DNA of 64,000 bases. Source: Tubulanus polymorphus (lineage: Eukaryota > Animalia > Nemertea). Under the pieces are notes generated by a model. The model had not been told where the DNA came from. It saw only the letters and a program-made list of their open reading frames with translations, and made no database searches. A program made the translations under genes and the position numbers. The stretch is from assembly GCF_964204645.1 (NCBI RefSeq), contig NC_134026.1, forward strand, positions 26,632,150-26,696,149, given 5' to 3'. Below, one piece after another: positions 31,335 through 42,850 of this stretch. Each line of letters opens with the position of its first letter. The first letter of the stretch is position 1.

Positions 31335-31891
31335 ATGGGTTCGGCAAAAAGCCGTTTTAACGATTTTCTCGAACATCGACGGGACTGGAACCACCAGGTC
31401 ATAGCTTGCCTGGAAAGCGCCGCTTGTCAGATCTGCAGAGCCGTAAGAGATAATTATATTCTCGGCCCAGTTCTCGCACCCTCGACGAACCACATTAGCC
31501 GGTACAGAAACATTGAGGGTGATTCTATCCCATTGTGGTCGGACGAAGAAGACGACGTGGATATCAACAATAATATCTTGCAATCTTTTTCAAATGTCGA
31601 ATTGGATATCGAAGCTGAGGTTGAAGCTGGCCAAATGCGCGACGTCATTGGTAAGTGCAACCAAGGCTTAATAACTACGAGCAATCATCTCTGTCTCTAA
31701 TTTGAGATGACTAGTAGAGATGAAGCAGATGCTGTTGCATTATTCTAAACATGTTTCATTTGGCCTAATAACATGCGATTGTGACCCTTAAAGGTCCAAA
31801 ACAGATCACAATCAAAACACAGATATCTCGAAGATCCATTTTCAGAAACTTCAAGTTTGCAGCAATTCCAAGACTTGGCAGACAACGATAG
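31335..31891 (+). CDS. Uncharacterised small protein with an acidic patch and possible N-myristoylation
   Basis: Open frame from 31335 to a strong TTG|GTAAGT donor after 31650, GC-richer than the flanks. MGSAKS start and a WSDEEDDVD acidic stretch. Putative exon 2 (31794-31891) is uncertain. No family recognised. Confidence 0.45.
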
Positions 31892-32767
31892 ACCACAACC
31901 AGCCGTACTTGGAGACGAACTGTCTCCTTGATGAACCGCGAGTACCGATACCGTGGTTTCGCAGCAATAAGATCTGTAATCCGACATCAGGACAATACTG
32001 CATATTTCGGCGATCCTACAATCGAAAAAAATTCCGCAGTTCTAAATATGATAGAATTTTGAAATTGCAGGTGTATGTTTAAAACCAGAATTATATAAAA
32101 CATGATGAAATAAAATCTTGTAACGCTGACATTACAATTCTGATCTGAGAAATCGTTCTCTTTAAATCTACTGTTTTTTTGTTCGAAAATAAAGTCTCTA
32201 CTGATGCCGGTATCAATCACATCAGAATGTAGGAAAATGCCGCTGTATGGTAGAAATGACTTTTTCATCGATATGAACTTGTTTTTTCAGACCCCTTTCG
32301 TGCATATTCTGTTTACGTTCATGATAATGTTAACTATTTTCTATCCATTATTTAAACACGGAGTTCTGCATTTAATCAGCATTAACTCTGTGTGATTGCA
32401 AATTGCAATTCTTGCTGATTCGGTACATGCATGTACGGAATAAAATTTCTTTTTTGGCGGGTCCGTGATTTTTTAGCCGACACCAGTGAAAAATGACATA
32501 TTACCGATGGGCAATTTTCGGAACTGTCAAGTCTCCGATATTTACCACGAAGCTAAACGCCACATCGATGGGAATCGAATAGAATAATACAAGATCATTA
32601 TTCATTACGTGTATTTACACTACATATAAGCTTCCTAACAAATTACCCATGGTCTCTCAGTAAATCATCTTAAGTTTTCCTGCGGCGACAAGGCCCTTTG
32701 TGAAGCAGATGTCCGATATTGCCACCCGACGTCCGTTACCGCGGCCGAGTTTCATACCTACTTTTAG

Positions 32768-32817
32768 ATTGCCATGGCACCATTCTAGGAGTGCTCCAAC
32801 AGGTATCGCTGACGTCA
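32768..32817 (+). promoter_or_regulatory. RFX X-box-like element plus CRE in the MAK/CILK1 proximal promoter
   Basis: ATTGCCATGGCACC (32768-32781; 12/14 to GTTGCCATGGCAAC) and TGACGTCA (32810-32817) directly upstream of the first exon. MAK-family ciliary kinases are known RFX targets (e.g. nematode dyf-5). Confidence 0.5.
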
Positions 32818-32837
32818 CAGCTGATTGTAGTGACAAC

Positions 32838-35800
32838 ATGGAGTCGAAGGTTGGAATTTTTCTATAAAATATCGTAATATATTGCATTATATTTCGAATT
32901 CAAACTTACTTACAGTATTCAACATAAGTTCTGTATATGCCACGAGATTTTGGAATATGTTTACGCATTCATATTTATAATATGTGTTCTACAATTAGTT
33001 CTGAATCGCTTGGATACTGTTTGCTGACTTGTAAACAAGCTTCTATGGTAGAGGTTAATTGCAATTACCTAGAGCCTTGTCAAAATTTTCTTTCAAATTA
33101 CATCGTCCTTTTACATCTTGCTTTTTTACTGATATTCGTGTCTAAATTTGTTTTGCAGATCTTTTTCAAACTTGAGAGGATTATATTTTGCTAAAAGGAT
33201 TACCGATTGTGCAGCAGTGCAATATATATTTTAAGATATTCTAAGGAATTTACTATTGTGACGACATTTTTTCACGTATTGAATGAAATCAGGATCTAAA
33301 TTGTTTATAGTATTTATATCTGTGATTTGTGTTAGATTCGAAGACGTAATATAAGTAAACAATCAGGAATGGATCGTTATCAAATTCAAAAACAATTAGG
33401 TGATGGAACCTATGGAAGTGTCCTCCTAGCTACAACAGTTGGGACTGGTGAAAAAGTTGCCATTAAGCGGTAAGATATGTGCTCGTTGCAGAAGTGAAAA
33501 TGTCGATCAATAATGTGGCATAATTCAATCATATCTAAACATCTATATTCCTTTCTTAATTTCTTCCAGTATGAAGAAGAAATATTACAAATGGGATGAC
33601 TGTCTAAATTTACGAGAAGTAAAGGTTCGTTGAAGTATTTGTATTATTATATCGCATTTATAAGTAATGGCTAAGGGCTAGCCAACAGGCCAGTAAGAAC
33701 ACATTTGTTCTGGATGATTACTCTTAATGCAAAAAACGATTTACCGTGCATTGTCTACGTAAACCTCTTAAAAGGTTTATTGTGTCAATTGGGGTCATGA
33801 ATAGGAAAATATTTTTATGTTTGGTTAGGTTTCATAGAAATGATATGAATATATCTATGTTGGATCATCTACGTACATTGAATGGATCATCTACATATAT
33901 CGAATAATGTGTCATTATTAATTGCTGTTTCAATCAATGTAGCCCTGAAATATTCTCATGATATTGATGAGTTTCCCTCATTAGCGTAAAAAATCAGTCC
34001 AGTTTGTTTCATTATGGTGTATGTAAACGATATTGTATATATAATAGCGATGATGGAAATCAATTTTCTTTCATGCATGGCTAATTTTTATCAAGCTATT
34101 TTGCTCCTGCATCATTGTGCGTTTCTATGGGGCTATTGATTGAATACAACCATCGAGGTATCACTGAATAAAAGCAGCGTATTATGGCTGTAGATATTTT
34201 TCCAATGCATTATAGATTAAGGGATAATCTAGGCTTTGAAACAGCGCGTAGATATTTGATTGTCATTTCCTTTTACAGTCTCTTAGGAAACTGAAACATG
34301 CAAATATCGTTCAACTGAAAGAAGTTATACGAGAAAATGATCAACTTTATTTCGTTTTTGAATTCATGAAAGAGAATCTATATCAAATGACTAAGTCTAG
34401 GTAAGTTCAAAGACTCGTTCAATGGCCTCGAGTTTCTATATAGAGAGAGATCCCCTATTGGCATGGTAATGCTGAATATGAGTTCTAGTTGTAATATGAT
34501 ACCTTTGGATTTGCCTAAATCAATTACATTTCAATAGATACTGTGTTGCCATGTAGAAGAATCCATATCTAAGCTACGGGTAATTTGTGATATTATTCAT
34601 GAATAGTTAGAGCCCTATGACATGTTCTGGCATGGATAAGGTAATTTGAAACATAATCTCAGGATGAATCTATACAGGTGCATTTGTAATTCCCATTCCA
34701 GCTATCTTTTGTTTGGTTTCCATAGCAATTTATGTTCTTGAGTTGTCTTGATACTGACTTGTTCTATAAATTATCGCAGTCATTAAATCATACTTTATAT
34801 TTGTGAGACCTTTAATTATTATTGTTTTATTGATATTTCAACGTTTGAAGACTTCTCAACTTCCCTTCCTTAGACTATTGAAAAAAAAGTTTATTTCAAG
34901 ATTATTTATTCAAGAATATCTATTTCTTTCAGGGATAAATTGTTCCCAGAATCAGTTGTACGAAATTTGACCTTTCAAATTCTCCAGGGTTTACATTATA
35001 TGCATAAACACGGTGAGTTCAGAATTACATATCACGCTGTATCTTGTTTTGCCTACTGTACCATACGGTCGAATACATGACTTCATGCCGAATACATGGC
35101 TTCATGCTGGGGATGTTTAATTAGTGAAGATATACCCCACTGAGTCTTAATTAATGAATGGTTAATCCAATTAGAACTGAAGAGAAGAAAATTCTGTGAT
35201 TGATTCAATGATGCAAGTTCAGAGTCACGTTGATTAATAGTACATTATATTATCTAGAAAATATCATAACATTTTTGTAGGATTTTTCCATAGAGATATG
35301 AAACCCGAGAATCTCTTATGCTCAGGGACAGAAGTGATAAAAATTGCTGATTTTGGCCTGGCTCGTGAAACACGTTCCAGGCCTCCGTACACAGATTATG
35401 TATCAACTCGCTGGTTAGTGTTTTGACAACCAGTTGGTTTGTAGCATTTTTCTGGGCTGCTTGCAATTGACATTACATTATTTGTTCGAACATTCAGTAA
35501 ATCTATACTATAAGCATATATACATGATATGATAATTTTTACGAAAATAAACACGAAGTTGCTGACAGCACAGTTTAGTTGCTGATCAATATAGTTTTGT
35601 TACTGAATATTCAGTGATGTAATGCATTCTGTTATAACTAATAGCTATAGAGTCTTCATAACATGTTGTTTCGATTTAAAGGTGCAGGAACATCATTGAA
35701 ATATCTTTATTTTTCTGATACATGACAATTTGCTGTAGCAATATTCTGATTTAAAGATATACACGTATAATACTCCCACATGGGAGTTTCCTTATGCCTT

Positions 35801-38800
35801 TACATCTTGGCTAATATGCTATATGTGGAGCTATGTCAATGCATGTATGTACCCATTTGATGTTTGTAATTTATGCTCGCTTTTAGGATATTTTCATCGC
35901 GACATGAAACCAGAAAATCTGTTATGTACAGGCCATGATCTGGTGAAAATAGCAGATTTTGGTTTAGCCCGTGAAGTCCGATCTCGGCCCCCTTATACAG
36001 ATTATGTGTCGACAAGATGGTTAGTTATATCTAATTCCCTTACACTTCTACACTGTAAAAGGCATGGCGAGTAGAAATTATCATAGTTATGAGATTTACT
36101 TCCCTTGGTCGTCAATTATTTCTGTACTGGTATTAAGAATGTTTGAAAAACATGAAATTTTGTAATGCATGTATTGCTGTGCGTCACCTGATATAGCTCT
36201 GTATGATATATAGGCCTACGGTTTTTATGCTTTGCACTTTATTTATACTAACCACGTATATTGCCTCATTGTTGCCTACCTTTCTGTTTAGCAAATGATT
36301 GGTATTTATGAAGTTGAATTCTGAGAAATTCCTCTCGTATTCACTATTTTTCTATTCCTGATATTCAATCGCTGAATCGATTCTTCACTGGCTTTCGCAA
36401 TCTACAAATGTACTTATATAAATCAAACTAAACGCATAAAAACAATCATTTATATGCATTGGAGATTTAATCTTCATTTCAATTCATTCTTTTCTTACTG
36501 AATAAATCAATTTGAAGAATAACTTAAATCTGCTTTTAAGATGATTCAGTTCATGATATAGTAACAGTTCGATAATTTTTCATAGGTATCGAGCACCGGA
36601 GGTTTTATTAAGATCAACAAATTATAACTCGCCGATAGATATTTGGGCCGTCGGTTGTATCATGGCAGAATTGTATACGTTGCGACCGTTATTCCCAGGC
36701 AATAGTGAAATTGATGAAATATTCAAAATATGTTCAGTCCTAGGAACTCCGACAAAGGTAAATCATTCGTGAAAAGATTATTTTCTATACCAGCAATTAG
36801 TTTACCTGGAACCAAGTGGAAATTAGGAATATCTTGATTATAATTCGTGTAGGCTGATTGGTCAGAAGGACAAACTCTAGCTGCTTCTATGAATTTCCGA
36901 TGGCCACAGTGTGTAGCTACCAATCTGAAAACTATAATTCCCAATGCTAGTAATGAAGGATTGCATCTGTTGCGAGATATGTTACAATGGGATCCTAAAA
37001 AACGTCCAACTTGTGCTCAGGTATGGCAGTGAAATTTACATGGTTGCTTGGTCCAAGGTTTTATCAGAAATAGATTTATAATTCTGTTATGACTTTTCAG
37101 GCCCTCAGATATCCGTTCTTTCATGTTGGTCAAACTCTCGGTAGCGCAACTACAACGAAGCCACAGTCTTCAATACCGAAGTCTTTAAGTAAGCCACCAC
37201 CAAACAGAGAACAAGATGTTATTCTAAATGCACCCACCAAAGTTGCAGTCAGCCGTCCAAGTAATCAATTCAATCAAACTGAAACAAAGAAAGAAGTTGT
37301 AGGTAAAGAGAATAAAAAGGTTTTACCTTCAATACCAGTTCAGCCATCACAGACAAAACCACAACCGAAAAAAGATGTAAGTTATATCTCATGAAAATTC
37401 AGTTAGTTTGTAAAATTGAGCTTTATACATGTATCTACAGTTAGTGGAATTTACGGATTGTTTTTTTTGTAATTTCAGGATATGTTTTCGCAACAAGCTC
37501 AGGCTAAGAAAAGTGGTGGCCGTAGAAAATGGGGTCAGCCAGAAAGTTGGGATGACTGGGATGATTTTGAATTCAGTCCTACGTATAAACGACGTCAGCC
37601 AGTCGCCGCTGCTGTCCCTAAAAAACGAGATTCTCTTTTTGATGACGATGATGATGATTTATTTGGGTGAGTGTAACAATTATCTCAACTGGTGAAACAT
37701 CCCAATGACGTGTGAATTGAATGAAACGTGATTGTTCATGTTTTAAAGCTTGAAGGATCGAAGAGCAAGTAAAGTCCAACCGGTAAAACCACGCGTCGAT
37801 TCAGGAAGGTCGTCGTCGTCTTCAGCTAAACAACATTATTTGAATCAGGCTCGATACCTTCCAGGTTTGTATTTTAGATACCGGTACTTGAAATAATAGC
37901 ATTCTCTGAAGAACAGTCAATAAAGATTTTAAACAAAAATTTTGAAATTCATTATTTAGGAATAAATCCAGCTAAGGCAAGCAGTACAAAGAATAGTTCA
38001 CCCAGTAATTGGGGATCTGGCATGAGCAAAAATACAAGTGGATTGTACGGACGAGGATCAAACACAGTTGGTAAGATTTTTGTTTTATTCTGTTGCAGCC
38101 TGTAGCGCTGTAGACTCCACTGGATAAAATCAGATTCATTCTCTTATTGTAAGATGTACAGTTAAGTTCTTTCTGTTTATTGTGGATGTTGAGTTTTTCT
38201 GTTGTGATGCTGAGTGTTTTAGTTTGTTTTTTACCACTGTAGATTAGAATTTTGTCTATCAAGAGCACATTTTTTGTTTCCACACTTCTAGGTGCAGCTT
38301 TTAATCCCGGTTACATTCCCTCATTCATAGGTGCTGGATCAACCACAAAGAGTAGTAAGTTTTTTTTTACTATTTCACTGTTTATTCTTGATTTTGCAGT
38401 GCAAAACTAAGATTTTACGTATTTGTGTAATGTTTTGTCTTTGATGTGTAGATTTCTAATAATATTCACACTACTGGCTCCATGTTAATGAACACATATT
38501 TCTATAACAATGAGAAATGTATCTTGTCATTATAGATTATAATCCAGGTGGTTGGAAGAGAGCTCAAGCAGCTCCTATATCTCTATCTAAGAATTCAGCA
38601 AATATAAGACAACCAGTCGGTCCATCATCACAAGTTGCCATCCATGGTCGCACTGATTGGGCTGCCAAGTAAGTATCCTACCCGATGATTTCAACTTTTT
38701 CTATCACTTCCATTACTTTAGTATTATTTGCCTAAATGCTTATATAGAATAGTATTGATCTCTCGCGCTGGGATTGTCATTCTTTTGTGTCTGTTCTACT

Positions 38801-39721
38801 AACTCCTCAACATGTTTATCGTATCTATATCTATGTTTCCCCTTAGTAGACGACTTAACCCTGCAATTATCCAAACAATAAGTGGACGTAATATATGGGC
38901 ATCAAAGTAAGAGAAATTCTAGTGTTCCAACACAGTCATCATTACCACATCTTTTTGTGAACACGTTTTCTGATCAATTTTTCGGCTAGAAGAATTGATT
39001 GTTCTGTCTCACTCATAAATATTTCATTTTTCACTCTCTCTCGATGGACGTGAGTTGATCAATGCTGTTGCAGCGGTACTGTTGATGAAATCACCTGAAA
39101 GATTAATCATTTATGCTGCAATTGAACGTGTTTAATAACCGTGTAGAGTGGGGGATGTATTGATTGATATTGTTGAAATCCAGCAGTATGTCTGAATTCA
39201 TTGTTATCCACTGTCTGTTTCTCTTTATGTGTAAAGCAAGAAAAGAAAAGCGACAAAAAGAAATGCAAAAGATAAATCAAAGAATAAAAAAAACATGGTG
39301 AAGAGCTCTGGACTTTTTAGACTTTTAGATATTGATAGACAAGTTGAAAAAGTCTAGAAAAAGTAGAGAGCTTAGGTTAAATCCTGAACCACAATGCCTT
39401 ATGGCTACTCATATTCATACTCATACTCACTGCCCATATTCAGTTCACTGGACCAGTTGAGCTTTTGTTAAATATCACATGTGCTTTTGTCTGCCGGTAT
39501 CAATCACCGCACTGCATTGGTTGGAACTATAATACTCTCCAGAAATCAAGTTTTAATTTCTCATCACAATGAACACAACAAATCTACAGTAATTGCCAAT
39601 ATAGATATCGTCATTATTATTCTAATCTACCGAAAATGAAATTTGGAATCAATTTTCATGGTTTTATAAGGAATAAAATGAGTTTGTCTTCTTTTTAATT
39701 TCCAGGTACCTGAAATCTTGA
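32838..39721 (+). CDS. MAK: MAK/CILK1 (ICK) ciliary Ser/Thr kinase, RCK family
   Basis: The canonical start [18 protein letters not shown] is at 33369; an in-frame upstream ATG at 32838 (exon 32838-32849 to acceptor 33336) adds [15 protein letters not shown]. Kinase exons of 101 (coding), 55, 122, 80, 133, 172 and 168 nt; [18 protein letters not shown] activation motif, YIPSF. C-terminus [13 protein letters not shown] (last exon 39706-39721). Confidence 0.93.
35281..35413 (+). CDS. MAK: MAK mutually exclusive exon A (catalytic loop to activation segment)
   Basis: 133 nt, TAG acceptor, TG|GTTAGT donor; [45 protein letters not shown]. Confidence 0.9.
35887..36019 (+). CDS. MAK: MAK mutually exclusive exon B (catalytic loop to activation segment)
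   Basis: 133 nt, TAG acceptor, TG|GTTAGT donor; [45 protein letters not shown]. Confidence 0.9.
38847..38906 (+). CDS. MAK: Putative MAK 60-nt cassette exon repeating the C-terminal motif
   Basis: GTTTCCCCTTAG acceptor and AA|GTAAGA donor, phase 2-2; encodes (N)[19 protein letters not shown](K). Confidence 0.6.
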
Positions 39722-40890
39722 AGTTATGCTAATAATCCGAAGAAAATGAACTCTTGCCTTGCCTAGCTGGAAGAAGTGCTGTTGAAAGGTCTGCGTGTAT
39801 CTAACTCTTTATGAAACCAAAAACTGCCTTTACATGATTACAATATAAAACTGAAATTTTGTCAATAAAGTCCTTGATTTCTGCATAAGTTGTTAGAACG
39901 GAGTGAAGCAAGTCCTTAAAGAATAAGAAACATGAATTTCTTTGTGATGAATTTAACCTAACCTTTCCTTGTTGTAATGCGTTGTTGGTATTTTTCCAAA
40001 TACTATGAAAATCCTCAATATTAAGCATGCTTCTACTAGTTGTCTTAACACAAGCTTAGACATAAGGAATATTTTTATAATGGGAACAAATCGAATGGGT
40101 TGCCTGAAATATTGATTTTGTTATCCAAGGCAAGTGAAATCTGAACTATCGTTGACTGCTTTAGATTTCTATGGTAGTAGTTGGTCAATGTTGCTCAGTT
40201 TTTTCTACTAAATGTACTAGCTATCGCTCCAGCCAAGAAAATTTTACACGAAGTTCAGCAAGTCAGCAATATTGTTACAAAATGTTTCATGTTAAATATA
40301 TGCAGAAAACTGCTGAGCCCTTCTGTTAGATTGTAGTATCTGTGATAAAAACTGGTCCACAATTGTAAATATTAGATTATTGTTGTATATGGCCCATTTT
40401 AAAATGTATGTTATATGTATGCCGTAATGTTGAAATCTACACCACTTGTGAAATTTAAGTGAAATTTTGGTTTAAGCTTTGGATTTTGACTGAAACCTCA
40501 ATGAATCACCTCATTTTGTCATGAACTGCCTTATACTCATGAATGATAAGCTCTTATAATGTGAAGGTATTCGCTATAAAATCGTGAAAATGTTTTAGTA
40601 AAATGAAAAGTAAAGGAAAGTTAGAATCTATTGCAATGTACATTTATTCCTTCAAAATGTGAACAATATTTGTTATACCTGTAGAGAATTTTATGTACAT
40701 AAAATATAACGCTACCTGTAAAGAGGTACAGTTCATTTGTCACCTATGGAGACAAATAAATAAAAGATCTTTTAACTTCACAAAAACTCTTGATGTAATG
40801 AATATGACAAGCTTTTCTGCACTCAAGAATTTCATTTGAAAGTTTCAAATCAAAGAGGATAATTGTGTCCATTTAGTTGCTAAAGATGGT

Positions 40891-42692
40891 TCAGTCATCG
40901 AAGTAACCAGGATCATCTTGGGCTTCTTCATCTGCCTCGTCAAAATCCTGCAATAAAATAGGTCAATGAGATACATGGTATGTATAATCATAACAGGACT
41001 TTTTACTTTTATTTGGGAGCAGCTTACCCGCATTTTAGGTTCCAAGTCCTCTCCATACTGAATGGCATTGTCTATTTGTAGCAGTAAATCTGAGAGTGAT
41101 TCTTCATCTGTGCGATCTAATGGAATAAACTTCACTAAACTGTAATCTTCGATCTAAAATAAACAGGTTATACCTTAAACACTGTACAACATAGACTGAT
41201 ACTCATTTGTAAGTAGGTTTTAACCTCACCAAAGATGCCATTGCTTTGTTCAACTTTTCAAATTTTGAAGTTCTAAATTTTCTCTGAAATTCTTCATCCA
41301 ATAGGTATGGAAGATCAGGATCCATATATCTTAAAATGTAACAAATGATGAAACCGATGTCATTCGTGAGACAGCAAACACTATAAACATAGCAATTCGA
41401 CTTAATGAACACCCTTTCTTACCTCTCGATTTGTTTTTTGTCCTTTTTATTGAGTAAATCTAATTTTGTCATAACATTAACATGCGGAATTTCTAAATTA
41501 ACCATTGTTGACAAAGCAGTTAGAATTCCTGATACAAACTTGGTGGAATCAATAAGAAATTGTGAGTCTAATAAGAATACACCACATACATAAAAATTCC
41601 ATTTATGAAGCCGGTCCACTAAATGTCGGAAAACTGGAAGATGTGTATAAAGCTCTATCTGACCTGAAAATAACGTTCGAATTCAGAAGTGAAAAAATAT
41701 CGAACAATGTATGAATGAATCCTATCTGAAATATGAACGTACCCGGGCAATCAAATACAATATAATCATCTTCAATATCGTCTAACTGTTCTTCTAACCA
41801 ATCAAAATTCTGAGCAAAGTACCTGAACACAACATTGAATGAAATAAGGTCATGCAATATACAAGAAGTTAATTCAAATCAATGGCATATCGTGAAGTTT
41901 GCTTACTCCATACAGAACACTAAACCCCCATTTGGACCAAATCTTAACTGATCATCTTCCATAGCATCTTCTAGACTTATCAATTCACGAATATCTAAAA
42001 ATTTGAAAGAATAAACAATTGATGCTTAATTAAGAGAATTGAATGTTTATATCATTGCACGGAGGTGATATCTGTTGGTTTAGTGTTATCTCTTACCAGC
42101 AAGAACAGGATAATCAAATGCCTCTGCAGCAGGATCAAGATTTACAACATGAATTGTTCTTTTTGTATCGACACCATGTTTTACCAGTGAACTACAGTAT
42201 GTGGACTGTTGTAAGAAAATAAAATAGACACTTAATCAAAGACGAGATTAAGACAGCAGCACAGTTTTCTACCTACTAACAGACAGTAGTTTAAGTAACC
42301 TGTCTGTGGTGGTGATGATTGGATATTTTCACAACCCAGTTTACCACCACCAAGGTCCAACGATTTAGGTCACAGGGACTATAAGGATACTGGAGCTGGT
42401 GATAGATACTAGTTTTATTCATCCACTATCAATTGGATGTGACAGACAAGTCCCTCGGACCTTTAGGCCTAGACAGTCCCTGACCCTGACCCTGTCTGTC
42501 TGTCTGTCTGTGAGTGAGTGATGAGTGAGTGAGTGATCGGATCTTAGCTAGAGGAGTAGGGGGCCGTAGCATCACTTCTATATATGGTGTCATGTGTCAA
42601 GTCTTGAAAATTCTTGTATAATGACATTGTATTAAAACATTTACCTTTCCACTACCAGCAGGACCCATCACCAGCTGAGCGTATCGAGGCAT
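40891..42692 (-). CDS. GPN3: GPN-loop GTPase 3
   Basis: [16 protein letters not shown]|[52 protein letters not shown]; ends [22 protein letters not shown] introns. Confidence 0.95.
42478..42536. repeat. Compound microsatellite (CCCTGA)n-(CTGT)n-(GAGT)n in GPN3 intron 1
   Basis: Read directly: ccctgaccctgaccctgtctgtctgtctgtctgtgagtgagtgatgagtgagtgagtga. Confidence 0.8.
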
Positions 42693-42850
42693 TTTTTAGT
42701 AAAATAAATTCTGAAATAAATTTCGCTCAACGACCTTGAGCAGATCAAATCAACACACCGTATGGTGCTGCCACGATGAAAACGGCAGATCAAAGAACTA
42801 ACTAAGAACTCATTTCCGCATTTCTGGTCACATGACTTTACACATACAAA
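42693..42850. promoter_or_regulatory. Very compact bidirectional promoter shared by GPN3 and SWAP70
   Basis: Only 158 nt separate the two divergent ATGs. A YY1-like AAAATGGCGG overlaps the SWAP70 start. Confidence 0.7.

Noticed and set aside
42305-42351. Hairpin with a C-box-like GTGATGA in a GPN3 intron
   Set aside because: No D box before the closing stem, and it is antisense to the host gene; not a credible snoRNA.
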